Assembly (NCBI GenBank): GCA_040954595.2
Contig: CM082581.2
Coordinates: 12,336,286 to 12,400,285 of the forward strand
Length of the DNA: 64,000 bases
Direction: 5' to 3'
Source of the DNA: Balanoglossus misakiensis
Taxonomy: Eukaryota; Animalia; Hemichordata
In this document: positions 55,766 to 64,000 of the stretch, one piece after another
Position numbering within the stretch: position 1 is the first letter of the stretch
Layout: every line of letters starts with the position of its first letter
Notes under the pieces: generated by a model
What the model saw: the letters and a program-made list of their open reading frames with translations, nothing else
Told to the model about the DNA's origin: nothing
Database searches by the model: none
Position numbers and translations under genes: made by a program

Positions 55766-57082
55766 GGTTTTCTCAAGAAACACGAGCTTATCCAATCTGT
55801 GTTGATCTGAAATCTTTTCATGTTGATGGCTGTGTCAAGCATTGTTTTGCTATAATAGTCAATAGAGTACATTGTATTGGTCTGATGTTGTAGATGGTTG
55901 CACCTTTTTTATATTAAAACTACATGCATTTTATCAAGGTATATGAAAATGAGCATGTTTTGTAATCCCTCTTTGTGGTTTTCGTGGAAGTATGTTCGCA
56001 AAATTCTAGTTTTATGTCTGGTCGCTGCGTATTTTTAAAATCCCTAGTCATGACTTGCCTTAGTGAAATCGGATGATAACTATACTCTCACTACTTACAA
56101 CAGAAGTGCTAATCAGCTATAGAATTAGATATACATATATCGATCAGGTTTCCATCTTTATCCCACTGAAACATAATTTCATTTTATTTATATCTGTACA
56201 TCATACTATGGGTCCCACCTTTTTTTTTTGTTGGTAAACAATTGCTTGTGTTTACAGGAATGTACGACTGCCATGTCAAATGCTTGTATAGTACAGTTTT
56301 GTAAGTTTCCATGACAACCATATTTTGCAAAGAAGGATTTGTGCAATGAAAGAAGTAATATGTGAAAAGAGATTTGAGAGTAAAAATTGAGAAATGGCAT
56401 TCAACAGTTGAGTATACCACTGGATACAGAGAGAATGTGTAAGGGATTTCAGTGGACTTGGGTACATCAGTGTTATTGTTGAATATTCTAATTTTTTTGT
56501 GAAACTGTCAGACAAAAAAAGGATAGTTCTTACATCAAAGAGAACAATGCTTCCTTTACTTAGAAAACGCGTCCAGTAAACTTGCAGTTGAGAATATCAG
56601 TCTTGTTTCTAGTAGTTTTGTGAAATAAAGTGAAATGAAATATATATCTTGGGTAATTTTGTTGCAAACTGTAGACATGGACCAGGGCGTATACACTTCC
56701 ATGGCTAGCTCTCCCCAACCACCCCCCCCCCCCCCTCCCCCATGCCTGCAAGAACACTGACATGACATGCACACATCATACAAACACACATTCACAGCAA
56801 TAAACCAAGACGGAGAAATAGGACTTGCACCATAGTTTGTTTATTCTAAACATGTGATGCTTGCAGATAAAGAGCAACAACAACCTGAGCAGCTTCTTTG
56901 ACTGACCCTTTAAAGCTACTGCAGCATGACCTTTCAAAGTTGTGTCCCTTGAAAATACATGCATGTTAAGTTCATTCAAACATTGGAGCTCTTAATATGA
57001 AAACTTAATAATTTATTCCAAATGAAAGTTATGTGTTCATATCAGCATGGCAGTTGTAAGTACATATGGGCCTTCAAGAGTT

Positions 57083-60000
57083 TCATTCATCTGCTCTTGT
57101 TCGCCGTTTCTTTCCGGACGTCTCAGTTGCCTCGGCCGATAGCTTCCTTCGCTTTCCTAATTCTTCTTCCTGAAACGCCACAACAGAATTTTTTAATAGG
57201 GATAAACTAAATTCTGTGTGCGAAGAATAATGAATGGGCATGGCATCGTCATATGAAACTTTAATGATTTGTAATTTGTTCACAGCCGTGTTAGACTTTC
57301 AAAAAGAACGGTGTTCTTACTGACCTTTTCCAAGGACTCTGCTCTTCTGGTTGGTGTCTCACGAATCCTCAAGACTTTTGATTCTTTCGATTCTGACTGC
57401 TGTACCATCAATTGTGTGGCTAAGAAAACCTGTTGGTCACAAAGGATAGAAGTTCGAATACCTAATTTATAAAACTTGTTCTGTGTTGATTAAAAGACTA
57501 CTGGAGTCTATAACTCTACGATGAAGTACCAGCATCTACAGTACTTTAACACTAAAAATAACTCAGAAGGAAACTACTAATATTATGGGCCTGGGTGCAA
57601 ATGACACAAATGTCTTTCAACCCTCACCTGTATGTGTTCCATAACATCCCTCTGCATTTCAATGGCCATATGGTAGACATCATGGTCGGAATTATTGTAC
57701 ATGATGGCGTTCTGAAACATCAGCATGATGTTGCGCTGGAATTCACTGGTGGTTCTCAACTGGCCACTCTCCAGGTTCTTCTTGATGGAGGACAGATCCA
57801 TGGGTCTGTAGACGATGCTGTGGTAGCCCGGAGCGAGGTCATCTGTCACTGGATGCAGGAACACATTGGCGTATCTGAAATATAGAGTGATCTTGTTAAC
57901 CTTACAGTGCCTGTCATTGATATGTTAATGTTATTAGTCTGCTTTTGACTTTGGACCTTTCTGAGCATGTGCAGAGATTTCTTGCATGTTTAATTATGTA
58001 GTTCTATGGCTTCCTGGTCAAGTGTGTGTTTCTGAGTACTGGTACTACAAGTAAGGTGCGTGAACTGGGCAGGGACTACTTACTTGTGCGATGCAGCTGC
58101 TCTCCACACCATCATTATTGATTTCTTCCATGCTTTCTGTGCTTGTATGGCCTCAGGATCATCACTTCTGGAAAGAAGACAAACATACTCTTGTTGAATT
58201 GTTACAAGGGTATCCTCTGTCAAAAAACACTGACAAGGGGTAAGTTGATTATTTCACCATTGGAAAAAAAAATGCCTCGCAACAAACCAATAACACTCAG
58301 TATTGATGATGTTGAGGAATTAGATGTACTTTTGTGACAGCAAAATTGGACAACCCAGTCTAACAATAACAGAGAGAGGACATAATGGACTTACCCTTGT
58401 GATAGAGAAGCTGGACTGGCTGGCACAGAGTCGGTAAAAAAAGTGAGATGAGGGTGCGATTTGCTGCCATCATCACCGCTATCCGCTGCCAACCACTCCT
58501 CTGCTTCGCTCCTCTCATCGTCCTTCCTCTCATCCAGACTTCCTGCTTCACTGGTCTCTTCTTTCCGCGTGGATTTCTCTGTCATCTCTCCCTCTCCGTC
58601 ATCTTCCTGAAACCAACCAGTGCATGAATTCTATCAATGCATGAAGTTCCGACAGAGTGGGAAAATGCATCTCACTGGGCGTCTGTCGAATCATCTCAGG
58701 AAATATCTAGCAACAAACCTGCTTTTCACGATTTCTGACCCTGGCACTTTTGCGGCTTCCAAACGTCCTGGTCTTGGCACCCCTTCTCCTGGTCGACTTG
58801 GGATCACTGTCTGGCCTGGCTGATGATGTACTGCTGCTTGGCGATGCAGGCTCTTCTTTGAATGCCACTTCTTCCTCCACATTCAGATTGGTGCTCGGTT
58901 TGGTCTCTACTGGTTCTTCCTTCACTGAAGTCTGCAATTCATTCACAGATGGAAGAAATGTGGTCACTCACTATTCCCCCCTTGAAGCTGACAAATAATA
59001 TTCACAGTTTAATTACGGTGACTTTAAATGCCAGAACACCACAGAATTTTGACACTCTTTGAATTCACTTAGTAAAGGTAGCATTGTTCGCTTGTGAGAA
59101 TAACGAGTGAAATCAGCAAGTGATCAAAATCAAGTGTAATCTGAGCATTTTCGTTCTTTATCACAAATGTATAATTACAGTGCAATGTTGGTATGTATGG
59201 GAAAAATCAGCTGATTTATGATGGGTGGAACCACTTCTTGGGGGAAGGAACCACTTTTTTTTAAAAGGGATATAAATGTGAACATGGCTAGAAATGTATT
59301 TGGAACATGCATGAGTGAACACTGTGCTAAAACAGTGTGGTTTGCTCCATTCATAAAGTCATTAAACCAGTCTGATTTTTCCCTTTTTGATGTACTTAAT
59401 GTTACCATGGAAACTTTAAATTTACAAAGTGGATACATAGTTATTAATTAGTTGGAAGAGACCCTCTACATGAAGCCGCTTACATTTACCCATGAATGGA
59501 ACCCTTTCACCCCTGCAGAGTGGTTCAACCCTATTGTTCGGGTGCACTCATTTTATGGTGAATAGGGGTGAAAGGGTTAGCACTGAAAATACAAAAAGAG
59601 ATGTAAGAAAAACTATGTGTGAAGAAACAGAAGAAGGTTATGTCTTGTGGATGACCAACAAACAGAGATCTCTGATACAGATGTGGAGATATATTTAGCT
59701 GACCACGTGTGATATCAAAACATCATTTCAGGATATTCTCTTCAGCTAAAAAACTTTCATAATAAAATATCAGCAAACTACAGTTACTTCAGCTGATAAG
59801 TTCATTGTTTGGTCAATTTTCATAAATTGTCTTATGCTGTTCAGAAGAATTTTACAAAGTCTCTGTATCTTGAGTCCTGAGTTTGCTGGCTTTCTTTAAA
59901 CAGAAGGTGCCCATTATGACTCTGTATGCTGTGAGGTATGGAATCTTCCCCTGTATGAGAGAGGTGAATTCATAAGATTAGTAGAAGTATTCTTTACGTT

Positions 60001-63000
60001 TGAGATGGGTAGTTTTAGCCTGGCTGAATCTGGTACCTGTGCGGTCATCTCCTTATCATCATCAATATCATCATCCCCTGCCTCCTCCATCTGTGTCTCA
60101 CAGTGAATGACTACTCTTTCCTCAGTCACTGACACTGTGACCTCAGTGTCAGGGGGCGTGGCAACCACTGAATCAGACCGTGGCTCTTGTGGCTCTGGGG
60201 TCTGATTGTCTGCAGGGGTCTCTTCCTATGTTGAGGGGGAGAAACACAAGATATATGGCATAACAACCTGCTAAGAACACAGCCTCCGGGCCCTAAACTA
60301 TGACAACCATCATGCATATCCAGTATTCAGTCAGAATAAACGGTTATATAAAACTACAGGAGGCAATTAGTAGATATTAAAAAAATGAAATACCTCGTAA
60401 CGCGATTCATTATGATAGAGAAAAAATACCTAGGTGTCATTCTTTAAAGCTTTAATATGCAATGACTAGAATTAGTACAATATTAGTATTACAAACCAAA
60501 TTGACACTATTGATCTCAGCAACAAAGACATACCGTAACAGATACAGCTTTGACACTGTCCTCGGACGTTTCATCTTGTATCTCTATGCTCGGAATGGGA
60601 ATAGGTTCCGGTTCCTTGGCTGTTTCGCTGGTCCCCGGAATAGGCAGTGGCACACCCAGTGGCATTGGATCACAACCCCCTACGTGTACCGGAGTAGTGG
60701 GAGTCTTGGGAATACTGCTGCAGGATATGGCCTTGGGAGAATTCAGTAATTTGGACAGAGTAGGTGCACCTGGGTAAAATGAAATCCAAGTCAGGACATT
60801 TCTTATTTTTCAGTTTTATATTATGAATTTGTGATTGTGATTTATTTCAATGTTCAAGTCATGAACACGCAACACAGAAAATCCCCCCATGTCTAGTTGT
60901 ACTCTGTAAATGTTACAATGTCTGATTGGGAGAGCAGTCAAGTTATGAAGTACCTGCTAAGCTTTGTTTACTCGGTGATGGAGACGGTGATGTTGGCACT
61001 GTCACAGTGGACATGGTTGGTGTTGTGGTTGGACTCAGAGTTACATTACTGGTGCTGCAGTCCAGCTGGGCATTATTACCCTCCTGCGAAATAGATAAAC
61101 AACCAGGAATGTCAATGTTAAGGTGCGACATTCACTGAAGGTCAAGGCTGAGAAATGAGTGATATATTCTATGTACTGAGGAAAGATAGCAATGAGTGTC
61201 AATTTTTGAAAGCAGCATGAGAACAGTGTGTCTGGAAGAAATGTAAGAAATAAACAAGACAAAATTCATTCATTCAGGCCAATCAATGAACTACATGTAG
61301 TGTATGAATACTAAGAACATAAGCTGCAAACAAGAACGTTTGAAGACATTTGCTGTTGTATTCGTGGATGTTAAAAGAATCAAGTGACAAGACTTAACAA
61401 TATCTGATATGAAGGAATTAATTTATTAACGAGATGGTGACACCACATGGAACATTGAACTTCCAATATATTTAGAGACAATGTTGGAACTTTGGTATGC
61501 CATGTAATATCACCATCAGATTAAGTCAGATCTCATGTTTATTTCAGTGAGTTTTCATAACCCATCCACCCCCAGAACCATGAAACAATTCAATGTTCCC
61601 CATTTCTTTGCATGGCCAATATGAGCCGTACCACAAGGACCTGGGGGTGGAGTGAGAAATGAGAGAAAACTGTAAAGACTAGCAAAGAAAAGTGATCATG
61701 AAGTGACAACATGCAGTGGCTGGCTATTTCACAATGGCTGATAATAATGCATGACTGGATGACAATTTTTAAACTTTATGTGTTTGAAATATACATGAAA
61801 GAGAAATGTTTTTTGGTGTTTTTTTAACCCTTTGAACCTGGCTCAGAAAGAACCTTCCAAATGACATCATAGATCAGATGGTTAACAAAATGCAATGTGA
61901 TGCAGTCCCCATGTTGTCAGCATCTGATGGTGAAAAGTTTACCTTGTTAGATGAAGTTAGTCCTTCTTGAGCAAGATAGGGATGCCTATTCTTAAGTAGT
62001 GATGATAACAGTGGGGAGGGTGGTGCAGAAGATTTAGTGAAGTAGTTGCTACACGTTACCTCTTTGTTGCTATTCTGCGACGTCTCTGTAGTCCCGCATT
62101 CTACAGATGGTGTCTGTTGGGGGAAAAATTGGGCATTTGCAGGGTGTGAGAAAATATTCTCAAAAGTTTACCAGTACACCTGCTAAATAGTCACATGATC
62201 ATGATCCCTGCTTGACCTTTGACCCTGGCATTTCCATTGCCGTATCCAAAAGCTTGATATTCTGTTCAACTTGTGTGTACTGAATTGCTAACTCAACAAC
62301 TCTGACATTGAGCAGAGCAGAATGCTATGACAACTGGAAGAGCATGTTGATTCATTCTTTCTTTGAATTCCTGTCTTTCAGACCACCACCACCACCACCA
62401 CCCCTAGCAACAGCGTCCACAAATTTACCTCTGTTGGAGTCTCAGTACCGCTATCACTCTCAGTTTTGTCTTCTGCTCCTGACCCCGTTCCAGACTGCTG
62501 TGAAGTCTGCTTGACTTGGAAGAGCCTTAGATTCTGCATTCTCTTCTTTGACTTAATGGGTGGCTGTGGCACTGGTTTACCTGCAGGTTTAGCTTTTAGT
62601 TTCAGGGTCAAGTGGAAATGTGATAAAAACACAAGAAATATTGTCAAACGACAGAAAATGTCTGCAAAAACAAAATTGCATTTTACTATACATGTGAACA
62701 CTCATCCATTCCAAACAGAACTGTAACATATAGTTCAGCAAATGTTTCAACTGGTGGACATTTACAGGGGGTGTCACAACTTACCAGCACTGGCAGCTGC
62801 TGCTTTGGCCTCACTTGCCTGTCTCATGGCTTCCGCAGCCTCAGCTGATGCCTTCTTCTGTCTGTAAAACACACCATGAAATAACGAACCAATTATGGCA
62901 TTGGATACTTTGTAGTTCAACCAACGGAACCCTAGGAAAGGCAAAATGGTCTTCTAGTTCTCTGTAAAAAGGTACAATTTCAATGTACACAACATGGCCA

Positions 63001-63806
63001 CTTACTTGACAATGTCTTCCCAAACCAACTTGAGTAAATGATCTGCTTCTCCTCGGCGTATTTTCTCAGTTTCTGTCTTCAGTTTTCTATATTGTTGTTG
63101 ACTTTCTTCGATCTGCCTCTTCAATTCTTCGACTCTTTCATGGGTCAACTTCTTCACAATGAGATCACCAGGCGTTTCCACCTCGCCGCGATCACTGCTG
63201 CGCTTACGCCTGGATTCAAAGAAATGGGTGATACATAAAAGGCAATGTCAACAATGAAGAAAAAGCCCAGAAGAGACTGATTTAGAAATTAGGATAGGCA
63301 ACATATGGTTGTTTTGAAAAATGAACAACTTACTTTGGTGTTTCCACTGTCTCTAGCAGTTCTGAATACTGGGATGCACAGTTCTGTGAAAGAAATTGAC
63401 ACTGCATTAGTAATAAGAATAGAGGTATCATTTTCTTATGACATCAAAGTGCTAAATATAAAATCTGTTAAACTGCTAGCCCACTAGCTGAACTTAAAAC
63501 ATACCTTCTGTGAAAACCAATCGGGAGGTCTTGTTGATTCCGCAAAGGGTTTTATTGCTCTACTTACAGACACCCTAAAAGTAAGAAATGAGACAAACAA
63601 ATACTGGGTTACATTTTTACTGCTTGAATTCAAAAGTGGAGTTTATTTTCAATTACACATATTCCTAATCCATGCACTTGAATGCAACATAATTTTTGAT
63701 TCTCACCAGTTTTGATCTCCACTTCTCATGACAGACGAGGCAAGACACAACCTTTCTCTGATGGACCATTTCTCGGTTGGAGCACTTCTGCCAGCAACTG
63801 GGGTTT
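57083..63806 (-). CDS. BRD8: Bromodomain-containing protein 8 (NuA4/TIP60 subunit), 5'-partial
   Basis: Minus-strand exons: 63806-63707, 63574-63505, 63383-63334, 63209-63006, 62861-62785, ~62580(or 62592)-62429, 62113-61943, 61083-60954, 60769-60534, 60225-60037, 58931-58740, 58606-58395, 58167-58084, 57874-57628, 57429-57325, 57169-57083 (stop). Contains WSIRERLCLASSVMRSGDQNWVSVSRAIKPF...RPPDWFSQKNCASQYSELLE, PPSPLLSSLLK, GAPTLSKLL, and a single bromodomain (AWKKSIMMVWRAAASHKYANVFLHPVTDDLAPGYHSIVYRPMDLSSIKKNL...MFQNAIMYN). Boundaries of the middle low-complexity exons are less certain. Confidence 0.94.
59500..59578. mobile_element. Short MITE of the same family in a BRD8 intron, copy C
   Basis: Perfect 15-bp inverted ends AACCCTTTCACCCCT / AGGGGTGAAAGGGTT; shares AATAGGGGTGAAAGGGTTA and an internal ATTGTTC with copy A. 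Confidence 0.65.
61558..61655. mobile_element. Degenerate MITE-like element in a BRD8 intron
   Basis: TAACCCATCCACCCCCAG...CTGGGGGTGGA: 11-bp inverted repeat, length similar to copies A and B. Confidence 0.4.
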
Positions 63807-64000
63807 CTGTGCACAGAAAATGTAATATATATTTTTGATAAAATTTATCAACAATCAAGTGATTGCACATTTTCAGCCAATTGACAGATGCAGGTTTCAT
63901 TATTTTTTTAATAGGAATCATCACATTCACTTATATTTTTTATTTGCCAGAAGTATATTTAACATTTATTTGATATTACCCTGCAATGCATTGTGGGGTA

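Overview
Eukaryotic (animal), AT-rich, intron-containing DNA. An invertebrate deuterostome-like origin is my inference only. Most ORF-track entries are spurious; the real genes are split into short exons, which I rebuilt by hand from splice sites and reading-frame phase. The window holds four genes: (1) the 3' part of INPP5A, type I inositol-1,4,5-trisphosphate 5-phosphatase (+, 7059-15055, with at least two candidate C-termini); (2) a 3-exon NK6 homeobox gene, Nkx6 (+, 34527-37542), inside a ~35 kb gene-free, CpG-retaining region; (3) the SR protein gene SRSF10/12 (+, 52292-55554); (4) BRD8 (-, 57083-63806, first exon outside the window), tail-to-tail with SRSF10. The most interesting signal is SRSF10 intron 2, an AT-AC minor-spliceosome (U12) intron. 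It contains a nested U2-type GT-AG intron followed by a CAAG-rich block with a 149-bp degenerate repeat, which looks like an invertebrate version of the minor/major spliceosome autoregulatory switch known from vertebrate Srsf10. Other notable items: INPP5A-Nkx6 adjacency as in human 10q26 but in a different orientation; an INPP5A tail ending in a PDZ-type motif (ETSV) rather than CAAX; a 144-bp fold-back between the candidate INPP5A last exons; short TTAA-flanked piggyBac-like MITEs; and a visible mosaic CpG pattern. No prokaryotic system, CRISPR array, rRNA or tRNA was seen.
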